Shown: in pieces, positions 40,455 to 48,888 of the stretch
Position numbering within the stretch: position 1 is the stretch's first letter
Layout: each line of letters opens with the position of its first letter
Source of the DNA: a virus
Virus record (IMG/VR): IMGVR_UViG_3300032242_001192
Location: 1 to 64,000 of that record
Length of the DNA: 64,000 bases
Reading direction: 5' to 3' (one strand)
The notes under the pieces: generated by a model
Database searches by the model: none
Told to the model about the DNA's origin: nothing
Seen by the model: the letters and a program-made list of their open reading frames with translations, nothing else
Program-made: the position numbers and the translations under genes

Positions 40455-40939
40455 CAGATACTACATACTACAAATATTTAAAATTAACTAACGGTGACAA
40501 TATAATTTGCAAGACGACTAAAGAATATAAATCTTTAACTCGTAGTAAATCTATTACAGTAAAGCAGCCTGTAGTTCTAAGTCAAATTAGAATGCCAAGA
40601 AATAATGTTCTTGTAGAATCGTATATAATGTATCCCCTATTTAGTTTTGCCGTGGATGATACATATGAAATACCAGTAAGTCAAATTGTAGTTGCTACAA
40701 ATATTAAAGAATCTCTAAAAGAAAATTATGAGGAATATTTGTCACAACGAGAAGAATCAGATAAAGACATGACTGAGGAATTTACTACGGACATAAATGA
40801 ATTAGAAGCATCTGAAGAAGATGAAGATTTAGATATTGATGAATTAGAAGATGAATTAATTACCAGAATACTTGAAGGAGATAATGATGAAAACACAGAT
40901 ACCAAAATCGGTAGATCAAATCGAAGAACAATCCATTGA
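40451..40939 (+). CDS. Conserved hypothetical protein (uvsW-gp55 intergenic, Sm-like N-terminus, acidic tail)
   Basis: LKLTNGD.II motif and C-terminal ..TIH typical of this T4-like gene. Confidence 0.65.
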   Translation: MTDTTYYKYLKLTNGDNIICKTTKEYKSLTRSKSITVKQPVVLSQIRMPRNNVLVESYIMYPLFSFAVDDTYEIPVSQIVVATNIKESLKENYEEYLSQREESDKDMTEEFTTDINELEASEEDEDLDIDELEDELITRILEGDNDENTDTKIGRSNRRTIH

Positions 40940-41543
40940 TGATGATTTGATAACTGAGCCTGCTCTTACTGCAGTAAAAGCGCCAGCGCACTATGTTGAT
41001 AATAAGAAATTTTTAGCAGCATTAATTGATTATAAAAATAGTATAGATGCCGCAAAGGCAAATGGTGAGGAACAGCCTAGGGTACCTCATTATATAGGTG
41101 AATGCTTTATTAAAATTGCGACGCATTTATCTTATAAATCTAATTTTATTAATTATACTTTTAGAGATGATATGGTTTCAGATGGTATTGAAAACTGTCT
41201 TACAGCAGCTGCAAAATTTGATCCTACAAAATCATCTAATCCGTTTGCATACTATACGCAGATTATTTACTTTGCCTTTATCCGCAGGATTCAAAAAGAA
41301 AAGAAACAACAGGCGACTAAATATAAATTGATTGAGAATATGGATTTGGATTCTATTCTCATGAACTCAGAAGATACAGAATCTGGAAGACAAATCATTG
41401 ATTATTTGAAGAAGCAACTAGACACGATCGATCCCGAAAGACGGGAAACCCCAGCACAAACCAAAGCTCGCAAGAAGAAAAAAGCTGCGGATGATTTGGC
41501 AGAAAAAGATCAAGAATTTGTTGACTTTCCAGATGAAGAATAA
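40884..41543 (+). CDS. gp55: Late-transcription sigma factor gp55
   Basis: HYVDNKKFL.AL, YIGECF.KIA.HLSYK.NFINYTFRDDM.SDGIENC, NPFAYYTQIIYFAF.RRIQKEKKQ; AAGGAG SD at 40875. Confidence 0.96.
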   Translation: MMKTQIPKSVDQIEEQSIDDDLITEPALTAVKAPAHYVDNKKFLAALIDYKNSIDAAKANGEEQPRVPHYIGECFIKIATHLSYKSNFINYTFRDDMVSDGIENCLTAAAKFDPTKSSNPFAYYTQIIYFAFIRRIQKEKKQQATKYKLIENMDLDSILMNSEDTESGRQIIDYLKKQLDTIDPERRETPAQTKARKKKKAADDLAEKDQEFVDFPDEE

Positions 41544-41549
41544 TATAAT
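41521..41549 (+). promoter_or_regulatory. sigma70-type early promoter for the deazaguanine cluster
   Basis: TTGACT (41521) N17 TATAAT (41544), overlapping the gp55 3' end, upstream of queE. Confidence 0.8.
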
Positions 41550-41580
41550 TAAGCATTAATGAAACTGATGAAATTCATAT

Positions 41581-42420
41581 ATGAGCAAACTAAAAATATC
41601 TGAACTATTTTATAGTATACAGGGTGAGGGTCGTTATATGGGCGTACCCTCTGTCTTTCTAAGAACCTTTGGATGTAACTTCACATGCGGAGGTTTTGGT
41701 ATGCCTAAAGGGGAATTAAGCAATGAACGCTTTAAGGTCGATGGGGAGAGTTATAGTAAATATACTGACTTACCGCTGGTCCATACTGGATGCGATAGCT
41801 ATGCTTCTTGGGATCCTAGGTTTAAGCATCTTAGTCCCGTTCTTGATAGTAATGATATTGCCGAGGCAATTATTGAAATGCTTCCTCACAAGGAATGGAA
41901 AGACGAACATCTCGTAATTACTGGGGGCGAACCTTTATTGGGATGGCAAAGGGCATATCCTGACCTTTTAGACAATCCTAAGATGTTTAAACTAAAAGAA
42001 TTAACATTTGAAACAAATGGCACTCAACCTATAAGTGAGGAATTTGCCATATACTTAACAGAATGGGGCCGTTGGCATAATAGAGAAATTACATTTAGTG
42101 TAAGTGCAAAGTTGCCATGCTCAGGCGAGTTATGGGAAAATGCTATTATTCCAGAAGCAGTTATACAATATCAATCTCTTGGCACGACATATTTAAAATT
42201 TGTCATTGCTACAGAAGAGGATTATAAAGATGCAGAATGTGCAATTGGTGCGTATCGTAAAGCGGGTTTTAAAGGTCATGTTTATCTTATGCCTGTCGGT
42301 GGTACTGAGCAGTTGTACAGTCTTAATAATAGGTCCGTGGCTGAAATCGCAATGCGAAACGGATATAGATACTCGGACCGATTACAAATACCTCTGTTCA
42401 AAAATGCATGGGGAACTTAA
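41581..42420 (+). CDS. queE: 7-carboxy-7-deazaguanine synthase (radical SAM)
   Basis: ELFYSIQGEG...G.PSVFLRT.GCN.TC...GCDS, VITGGEPLL, FETNGT, SVS.KL, YS.RLQI. Confidence 0.93.
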   Translation: MSKLKISELFYSIQGEGRYMGVPSVFLRTFGCNFTCGGFGMPKGELSNERFKVDGESYSKYTDLPLVHTGCDSYASWDPRFKHLSPVLDSNDIAEAIIEMLPHKEWKDEHLVITGGEPLLGWQRAYPDLLDNPKMFKLKELTFETNGTQPISEEFAIYLTEWGRWHNREITFSVSAKLPCSGELWENAIIPEAVIQYQSLGTTYLKFVIATEEDYKDAECAIGAYRKAGFKGHVYLMPVGGTEQLYSLNNRSVAEIAMRNGYRYSDRLQIPLFKNAWGT

Positions 42421-42437
42421 CAATAAAGGAAATTAAA

Positions 42438-42632
42438 ATGAGCGCACACGAAGATATTAAAAAACATTTCGACGAATACTTAATGGAAAACGAAAAATTT
42501 GCAAAAGGTAATAATGCTGCAGGAACACGTGCTCGTAAAGCACTAGCAGAAATGTCAAAATCGGTTAAAGCCCGTAGAAATGAGATTACCGAAGAGAAGA
42601 ATGCTCGCGCTGAGGCTAAAGCAAAGGCATAA
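42438..42632 (+). CDS. Histone H1-like Hc1-family small basic protein
   Basis: ENEKF.KGN.AAGTRARKAL.E..K..K.RR.EI signature; AAGGA SD before ATG 42438. Confidence 0.8.
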   Translation: MSAHEDIKKHFDEYLMENEKFAKGNNAAGTRARKALAEMSKSVKARRNEITEEKNARAEAKAKA

Positions 42633-42639
42633 ATATTAA

Positions 42640-42690
42640 TGTTACGCAAAGGTAACAAAATTCAATTATCATATCCGCGTAAGGAAGGAT
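42640..42690 (+). promoter_or_regulatory. folE leader with two small hairpins, the second covering the SD; CATAAATA late-like promoter at 42628
   Basis: tgttac-gcaaag-gtaaca (42640-57); atcc-gcgtaaggaa-ggat (42673-90). Confidence 0.4.
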
Positions 42691-42696
42691 TCAAAA

Positions 42697-43377
42697 ATGT
42701 CATACAACAAAACAAAAACCGACCCTGAGTTAGGTCAAAAGGTACATGAACACCTAGTTAAAATGGGTGTAGAAACTCCAACAACTCCTAACAGTTTTGA
42801 CCGCAAGGAAAAAATTGAAGCAATCGAAGGATATTTTCATCAAATTATGAAAACACTTGGATTGGACCTGTCTGACGATAGTCTAATTGAAACACCTAAG
42901 CGTGTTGCCAAGATGTATGTTAATGAAATTTTCTGGGGACTAGATTATGATGCATTTCCAAAGTGTACGACTGTTGATAACAAGATGCATTACAATGAAA
43001 TGGTCGTTGAACGCAACGTCAATGTCCAAAGTAACTGTGAACATCACTTTGTTGTTATTGATGGTTTGGCTACCGTTGCTTATGTTCCTAAACAGAAAGT
43101 CCTCGGACTATCTAAAATTAACCGCATTGTTGAGTATTTCAGTAAGCGCCCTCAGATCCAAGAACGACTCACTGAACAGATCTTCCATACTCTCCAATTT
43201 ATATTGGCGACTGAAGATGTTGCGGTAATGATTGATGCACAACACTATTGTGTTAAATCTAGAGGAGTCGAAGATACAGGTAGTAGTACGGTTACTTGTC
43301 GTTTAGGTGGCGGATTTAAAACTGATCCTGCCGCAAGAACAGAGTTTCTAAATATTGCAAACAAGGGTTGTAAATGA
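42697..43377 (+). CDS. folE: GTP cyclohydrolase I
   Basis: SL.ETPKRVAKMY, SNCEHHF, GLSKINRIV.YF.KRPQIQERLT.QI, H.CVKSRGV.D. Confidence 0.96.
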   Translation: MSYNKTKTDPELGQKVHEHLVKMGVETPTTPNSFDRKEKIEAIEGYFHQIMKTLGLDLSDDSLIETPKRVAKMYVNEIFWGLDYDAFPKCTTVDNKMHYNEMVVERNVNVQSNCEHHFVVIDGLATVAYVPKQKVLGLSKINRIVEYFSKRPQIQERLTEQIFHTLQFILATEDVAVMIDAQHYCVKSRGVEDTGSSTVTCRLGGGFKTDPAARTEFLNIANKGCK

Positions 43378-43496
43378 TGGTATTGGAAATATTTGTTGCT
43401 GGAATGATTACCGCCTTCGGGTGGTGGACTTCTACACATTATATTATCGAACCATATTTCCCTCCGCCTATTGAAAAGAAAATAGATGAAAAATGA
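43374..43496 (+). CDS. Small (40 aa) membrane-anchored hypothetical protein, not in ORF track
   Basis: MMVLEIFVAGMITAFGWWTSTHYIIEPYFPPPIEKKIDEK; ATGA overlaps at both ends (with folE stop and with 43493 start). Confidence 0.7.
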   Translation: MMVLEIFVAGMITAFGWWTSTHYIIEPYFPPPIEKKIDEK

Positions 43497-44134
43497 AACC
43501 GACTATTGCTTTATTCATAGCAGATCCTAAATGTTCTGTACAAAGCAGTAACGGCATTATCAAAGCCTTAGGCAACAAGTATACATTTAAAATATTTAGC
43601 AGAAACGAATTAGAAGAAAACTTTTTCGATGATGTTGAATTGATAATTGTTCCTGGAGGCTTTGGTGATTCTAGTTCATATAAAAATATTTTTAGACATA
43701 ATGCTAAACGAGTTAGAAAATTTGTTAAGCAAGGTGGAAAATATTTAGGCATCTGTATGGGTGGCTATTGGGCAGGAAAGCATTATCTAAATATACTAGA
43801 TAATATAGATACAGTACAATATATAAGAAGACCAAATACTGATACGAGGAGACCCCATGCGAAAAACCTTAAAATTAACTGGGATGGTTATGATACAACG
43901 ATGTTTTTTTACGATGGTTGTGCTGTGGTTGGCGATGGAGATTATGAAACAATCGCTACGTATGCAAATGGTGACCCTATGGCAATCATACAAAAGAACA
44001 TCGGAATAATAGGATGCCATCCTGAGAGCGAAGCATTTTGGTATGATAGTTACAGTTGGCTAAAGGGCAAGTATCACAACGGCGAACATAGAAAATTGTT
44101 ATTGGAATTTACGAATAGATTAATGGAAAAATAA
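43493..44134 (+). CDS. Class I glutamine amidotransferase-like protein (BPL_N family)
   Basis: IIVPGG, GGKYLGICMGGY (nucleophile Cys), CHPE (His-Glu of triad). Confidence 0.85.
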   Translation: MKPTIALFIADPKCSVQSSNGIIKALGNKYTFKIFSRNELEENFFDDVELIIVPGGFGDSSSYKNIFRHNAKRVRKFVKQGGKYLGICMGGYWAGKHYLNILDNIDTVQYIRRPNTDTRRPHAKNLKINWDGYDTTMFFYDGCAVVGDGDYETIATYANGDPMAIIQKNIGIIGCHPESEAFWYDSYSWLKGKYHNGEHRKLLLEFTNRLMEK

Positions 44135-44135
44135 T

Positions 44136-44645
44136 ATGGCAGTTAATGTTATGGTTGACTTGGAAACAATGTCAACAAGATCGCATGCAGCAATTTGTTC
44201 TATTGGTGCAGTGAAGTTTGAGGGTAAAGAAATTCTTGATACTTTTTACTGTACAATTGATTTAAAGACCTGCAAAGAAGCAGGTATGCATATATCTAAA
44301 GACACAATCAAATGGTGGTCTGAGCAAAACAAAGACGCTCTGCGAGAACTTACTCGTAATAACATACCACTGAAACAAGCATTAGATGATTTCGAAGAAT
44401 GGTTCGGTCCTAAGAGTCTAGCTGTCTGGGGCAATGGTGCAGTGTTTGATAACACTATATTAGCAAATGCTTATTTCAATACTAACAGAGAACCACCTTG
44501 GAAATGCTGGGATGATCGTTGCTATCGTACAGTAAAGGCTTTGTTCCATTGGGTCCCTGCAGATGCAAGAGAAGGAACATATCATAATGCTCTAGATGAT
44601 GCTATGCATCAAACTAAACACTTGATTAAAATACTAGGTGAATAA
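44136..44645 (+). CDS. DEDDh 3'-5' exonuclease (DUF5051/Rv2179c-like)
   Basis: VMVDLETM, AI.SIGAV.F, T..WW..Q, WGNGA.FD, HNALDDA. Confidence 0.88.
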   Translation: MAVNVMVDLETMSTRSHAAICSIGAVKFEGKEILDTFYCTIDLKTCKEAGMHISKDTIKWWSEQNKDALRELTRNNIPLKQALDDFEEWFGPKSLAVWGNGAVFDNTILANAYFNTNREPPWKCWDDRCYRTVKALFHWVPADAREGTYHNALDDAMHQTKHLIKILGE

Positions 44646-46018
44646 TGAATACATATAAGAAGCGTATTGCTTTTTGTTTAAGTGATCAACATACTATTCC
44701 TCACGGAGGATTAGGTCAATTTGCTAAAAGTTTTATTGAGACTTTTACGCCTCTAGGTTATAAGATAGATATCATCACTGATAAGCCTACTTCTAATTTA
44801 GCATTTAAAGATTATCTAGAATCAGTAGGAGCCAATTTTATATGGTCTCCTGCACCAAGATCCTATAGTGCACATACTAAAACATTCATGTTTGAGGACT
44901 CTTATAACTTTGAAAAGATGTCTTCATTTAGAGATGCTATGATGTATGCACTGAATAAGAATCTCTATGATATTATTATTTGTAATACTTTAGAATCATT
45001 CCCTGGCATTTACGCCTTGAATCTACATAAGACTGTACAGGTAATCTATTATACTCATAATGAGAGTATGGTCTTTCTAGATGACAGATCATGGAAAAAC
45101 GAATTTACAGAATCATTCAATGAGGTATTTAATGCGTTGATGCGAGTTAAAGGCATTACTATTGGCACACAAACTTTACGTAATCGTAATGAACTGCTTG
45201 CTCAAAAATTGTTTAATTCGTATGAGCTTCGAATCCCAATGACAGAAAAATCATTATTAGAACCACACGACAATCCAAATCGAGAAGGCGTTCTTTGGAT
45301 TGGTCGCTGGGAGCCTAGAAAGAATCCTGAGGAATTTATTCGTGTTATTAAGGAAACAGGGTTACCTGCGAAAGTTATTACTAACACTAACGGAGCTAAA
45401 AAATTTGAAGAAGCTCTAAAAGCAATAGGCGCTAAATATGAAATAAAGATAGGCGTCTATGGTCAAGAAAAAGTTGACTTTATTACTTCTGCTAGAGTTG
45501 CTTATAATCCCGCAATTAGAGAAAGCTTTGGTTTAGCGTTTTATGAATGTATGGGACAGTTGCCAACAGTTGCTATAAAGGGTATGTCCTGGTTAGATAA
45601 CTTTAGCAATCAATGGTATTGGTGTGAAGAAAAGAAAAACATTTCTAAATTAATTTTAAAACTCTATGAAGACTTTGGTCCTGATTCTAGAGTTTGGTAT
45701 AGTAAATCCCCTTTAAACAGTATAAAGAACGAACATGCAGCAGGAATACAAGCTTGGATAGATGTATTTGAATCATTCAAACCTGCAGAATCAAATTCGG
45801 ATAGAGCAACAATCAATGATTATGACAATATTAATTATTCAGATTTTATAATTAAATTAAATAGGAAAGATTTATCTGTGGATGATGTCCGTTCTGTATT
45901 GACAAACAAGACAAAATTTAATATAATTTATACAGATGAGAACACCTATCTATCTAAGGATCCAAACTTTGTTCCAAAAGAAGATAAGGCACACACTTTA
46001 GAAAGTTTATTTTCATGA
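44645..46018 (+). CDS. GT-B (GT4) glycosyltransferase
   Basis: HGGLGQF N-terminal loop, WIGRWEPRKNPEEF, RESFGLAFYE (EX7E). Confidence 0.85.
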   Translation: MNTYKKRIAFCLSDQHTIPHGGLGQFAKSFIETFTPLGYKIDIITDKPTSNLAFKDYLESVGANFIWSPAPRSYSAHTKTFMFEDSYNFEKMSSFRDAMMYALNKNLYDIIICNTLESFPGIYALNLHKTVQVIYYTHNESMVFLDDRSWKNEFTESFNEVFNALMRVKGITIGTQTLRNRNELLAQKLFNSYELRIPMTEKSLLEPHDNPNREGVLWIGRWEPRKNPEEFIRVIKETGLPAKVITNTNGAKKFEEALKAIGAKYEIKIGVYGQEKVDFITSARVAYNPAIRESFGLAFYECMGQLPTVAIKGMSWLDNFSNQWYWCEEKKNISKLILKLYEDFGPDSRVWYSKSPLNSIKNEHAAGIQAWIDVFESFKPAESNSDRATINDYDNINYSDFIIKLNRKDLSVDDVRSVLTNKTKFNIIYTDENTYLSKDPNFVPKEDKAHTLESLFS

Positions 46019-47304
46019 GCAGACAATTAGAATACGTTATATCAGGTCCCGCATATCTTAGACTAGGATCTGAGCAGTGTGAAGATCCTGACACTTTAAA
46101 AATGATTACTGATATGATGTTGAAGACTGTTCATAATAAGAACAATCATCAGTTTTCATTATTGTATAATGGATTTACAGAAAAGAACTTTGGTAAGAAA
46201 TTACAAAAGTACAGACCTGCTATTAAAAACATTCATGCTGACTCTGGAGGCTTGCAGATTATTACTAGAGGTTTACCTAATACTCCAGAAACACGTAATA
46301 AGGTTTATGAGAATCAAGGAGCATGGGCAGATATTGGAATGGCGTTTGATGAGATTCCTGTAAAGTCTACATCTGCAGATGGCACTTCGGCAAAGATTGA
46401 TACCAAGCGTCGCTATGTAGATATGGAAAATTTTGAGACATACGCAAGACAAACAGGCAAGAACGTCAAAGATCAAATTTTAAAATTCGATTCATTGAAT
46501 AGCAAATGTAGACCATTTATTATTCTTCAAGGTTCAGGTGCAGATACCTATAAGCAATGGGGCGAATTTTTATTGGATGAGGTTCCAAAAGAACTACATC
46601 ATCGTATTGGTGGTGTTGCCATGGGATCAGCTGCACTAGGTATGGGACCACTTGAAGATGTTAAAAGAGCATTCTATGTTAACTCGGTTCCATTAGCTAG
46701 ACCATTTCATTTACACGTATTAGGTGTTGGTGCACTTAAACGTATTTTACCATATCTATTGTTTAGTCAAACTGGTCTATATGAAGGCATTGATATTTCA
46801 TATGACTCAACTACACATTCTATGTCATTGGATAATGGATTGTTTTATTTCTCACACAGCAAGAAAAAGAATCCAGGTGACTATGGTGGTTCTTCAGTAA
46901 AAATGGGAAGAGAATATTCTAACATTTACAGAACAGTTGTTAACGAGATTAACTCAGTATGTGATACAGACTATACACCTGAAGAATATCATAAGTTAAT
47001 GAACATTTCTGTTGGCCTATATTTAGAACAGGGTGGAAAATTTATAGATGTTATGCGAGCAAGATTAGCATTTATCTTAACTAACGTGCATAATTTTACT
47101 TTGGATGTTTCTAATCTAATGAACAGCAAAGAAGAATTTTTGAGATTCTGCAGAGATAAAGGTTGTGAGAACGAGTATGCAACTTTATTTGATGTAAGGA
47201 CAAATGATGATTTTATTCATTGGGAAAAGAATGTTGGTAGATTCATGGATTCGGAACCTGTCAACGCAGTAGCACCATCTTCACTTGAGGACTTATTCGC
47301 ATGA
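46015..47304 (+). CDS. dpdA: TGT-fold 7-deazaguanine DNA transglycosylase (DpdA family)
   Basis: HADSGGLQ (TGT DSGG), MAFDEIP, LQG, GGVAMG, HLHVLGVG, SYDST; no CxCxxC..H zinc motif; clustered with folE/queE/queD. Confidence 0.85.
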   Translation: MSRQLEYVISGPAYLRLGSEQCEDPDTLKMITDMMLKTVHNKNNHQFSLLYNGFTEKNFGKKLQKYRPAIKNIHADSGGLQIITRGLPNTPETRNKVYENQGAWADIGMAFDEIPVKSTSADGTSAKIDTKRRYVDMENFETYARQTGKNVKDQILKFDSLNSKCRPFIILQGSGADTYKQWGEFLLDEVPKELHHRIGGVAMGSAALGMGPLEDVKRAFYVNSVPLARPFHLHVLGVGALKRILPYLLFSQTGLYEGIDISYDSTTHSMSLDNGLFYFSHSKKKNPGDYGGSSVKMGREYSNIYRTVVNEINSVCDTDYTPEEYHKLMNISVGLYLEQGGKFIDVMRARLAFILTNVHNFTLDVSNLMNSKEEFLRFCRDKGCENEYATLFDVRTNDDFIHWEKNVGRFMDSEPVNAVAPSSLEDLFA

Positions 47305-47726
47305 TGTTAAAAACAGATAGTTATATTTGGGTTACCTTTCAGAAAGAAGGTATCCATAAGTATCCTGCAGCTGCAACTGATCCAAAGTTGGCTACAGGTG
47401 ATTGGTTAGATGTTTCATTCTTAGGAACACCTCATAGACATATCTTTCATTTCAGAGTTGAAATGCAAGTATTTCATGATGATAGAGATGTTGAATTTAT
47501 TCAAGCAAAGCGTATTATGGAACGCTGGTATGCGGATGGAACATTACAATTAGATTATAAGTCCTGTGAAATGATGGCAAAGGATTTATATGATAAGTGT
47601 ATAAGTACATGGCCAGATAGAGACTATGTAATTGAGGTATCAGAAGATGGAGAGAATGGATGCAGAATGTATTTCTCACATCATAAAGGCAAAGATATTA
47701 CACCAAGGATGTATGTAAATGAGTAA
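47301..47726 (+). CDS. dpdL: QueD-paralogous T-fold protein, DpdL-like (putative CDG decarboxylase)
   Basis: EGIH...LGTPHRHIF fits LxxxHRHxF, lacks the QueD catalytic Cys; DRDVEFI, SCEM, EVSEDGENG. Confidence 0.72.
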   Translation: MMLKTDSYIWVTFQKEGIHKYPAAATDPKLATGDWLDVSFLGTPHRHIFHFRVEMQVFHDDRDVEFIQAKRIMERWYADGTLQLDYKSCEMMAKDLYDKCISTWPDRDYVIEVSEDGENGCRMYFSHHKGKDITPRMYVNE

Positions 47727-48888
47727 ACTATATTATATGGGTTTGGAACCCTATGAAGGTCGATATACACTACAACTTCAGCATTGGAGCGAAGATGCTT
47801 TTAAGCGTCGCGGTATTGATTATGAAGTTATTCATGGCGATCTGTTGGATAGTTCTAAATCTATTGTGACAGGTCAAGTATTAGATGCGCATGGTCGTAG
47901 TTATTATTCTTTGACACAAATGGCAAAACTTGTAGCAAAAATGAAAGCAGGCGAAATTACTTGGCAGGATACTATTTTCTTTGAAGATATGTTTACACCT
48001 GGTATGGAGGTGTTGCCTTATATTATGGATCAAATGGATTGGGAATATCATCCTCGTATTTTTGTACGTTGTTTGGCTCAGACAATCGATCCAGATGATT
48101 TCTTGCATGTATGGGATATGCAGAAATGGATGGGTTTCTATGAGAAAATGACAGATCATTTTGTCACAGGCATTCTTGCTTCTAATGAAGAGATGGTTGC
48201 GCATATGAAAATTGCAGGTTGGGAAGCACCAATCTTTAATATCTCAGGTTTAGCTTTTGATAAAGACGAAGTTCAAAGCAGAGTGCAAGAAATTAAACCT
48301 TTTATTAATCGCAAAAAGCGAGTAGTATTTGCCGCAAGATTCGATCAAGAAAAACAACCGGGTTTCTTTATGGACTTGATTGAAGAATATGGTAAGTATC
48401 ATAGAGATGTAGAGTTTGCTGTTCTATCAGGCGGACCTTTACGCAGTAACGATCAAAAGTATTTGGATCGTGCAAGAGAATTAGAAAAGACTGCTAATTT
48501 TAAAATCTATGAAAACCTCAAGAAGAATGAGTATTATGAATTACTATCAGATTCTCGGGTATTGTTTAATTGCGCTTTACAGGATTGGGTAAGTAATACA
48601 GCATCAGAAGCAGATGCTTTAGGTACAAATTGTTTATATCCTGCGTATAGATCCTTCCCTGAGACATTTGCAAATGATGCAGAATGTTTATATGTTCCTT
48701 GGTCAATGGATGATGCTTGTCAGAAATTAGATCATTTGCTAGTTAAGCCAAGAAAAAGAATGGGACAATTATCTAATTGGACAACAGGTACTATTGATAG
48801 ATGTTTAGACATCATGTTTGATAGTAATGAGCATTGGTATCGCAATACTAAAAACTATAGAAACTATGTCCCAGAGTCAAAATACTAA
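47719..48888 (+). CDS. GT-B glycosyltransferase (DUF3524/GTDC1-like motifs)
   Basis: N-terminal LEPYEGRY, VVFAARFDQEKQP.FF, K.EYYELL, D.....ASEA, LYP.YRSFPE. Confidence 0.75.
   Translation: MSKLYYMGLEPYEGRYTLQLQHWSEDAFKRRGIDYEVIHGDLLDSSKSIVTGQVLDAHGRSYYSLTQMAKLVAKMKAGEITWQDTIFFEDMFTPGMEVLPYIMDQMDWEYHPRIFVRCLAQTIDPDDFLHVWDMQKWMGFYEKMTDHFVTGILASNEEMVAHMKIAGWEAPIFNISGLAFDKDEVQSRVQEIKPFINRKKRVVFAARFDQEKQPGFFMDLIEEYGKYHRDVEFAVLSGGPLRSNDQKYLDRARELEKTANFKIYENLKKNEYYELLSDSRVLFNCALQDWVSNTASEADALGTNCLYPAYRSFPETFANDAECLYVPWSMDDACQKLDHLLVKPRKRMGQLSNWTTGTIDRCLDIMFDSNEHWYRNTKNYRNYVPESKY

Noticed and set aside
43493-44134. Biotin-protein ligase
   Set aside because: Only the GATase-like N-terminal domain is present; no ligase domain.
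46015-47304. Canonical tRNA-guanine transglycosylase (tgt)
   Set aside because: Lacks the zinc-binding CxCxxC..H motif and is highly diverged; context favours DNA-acting DpdA.
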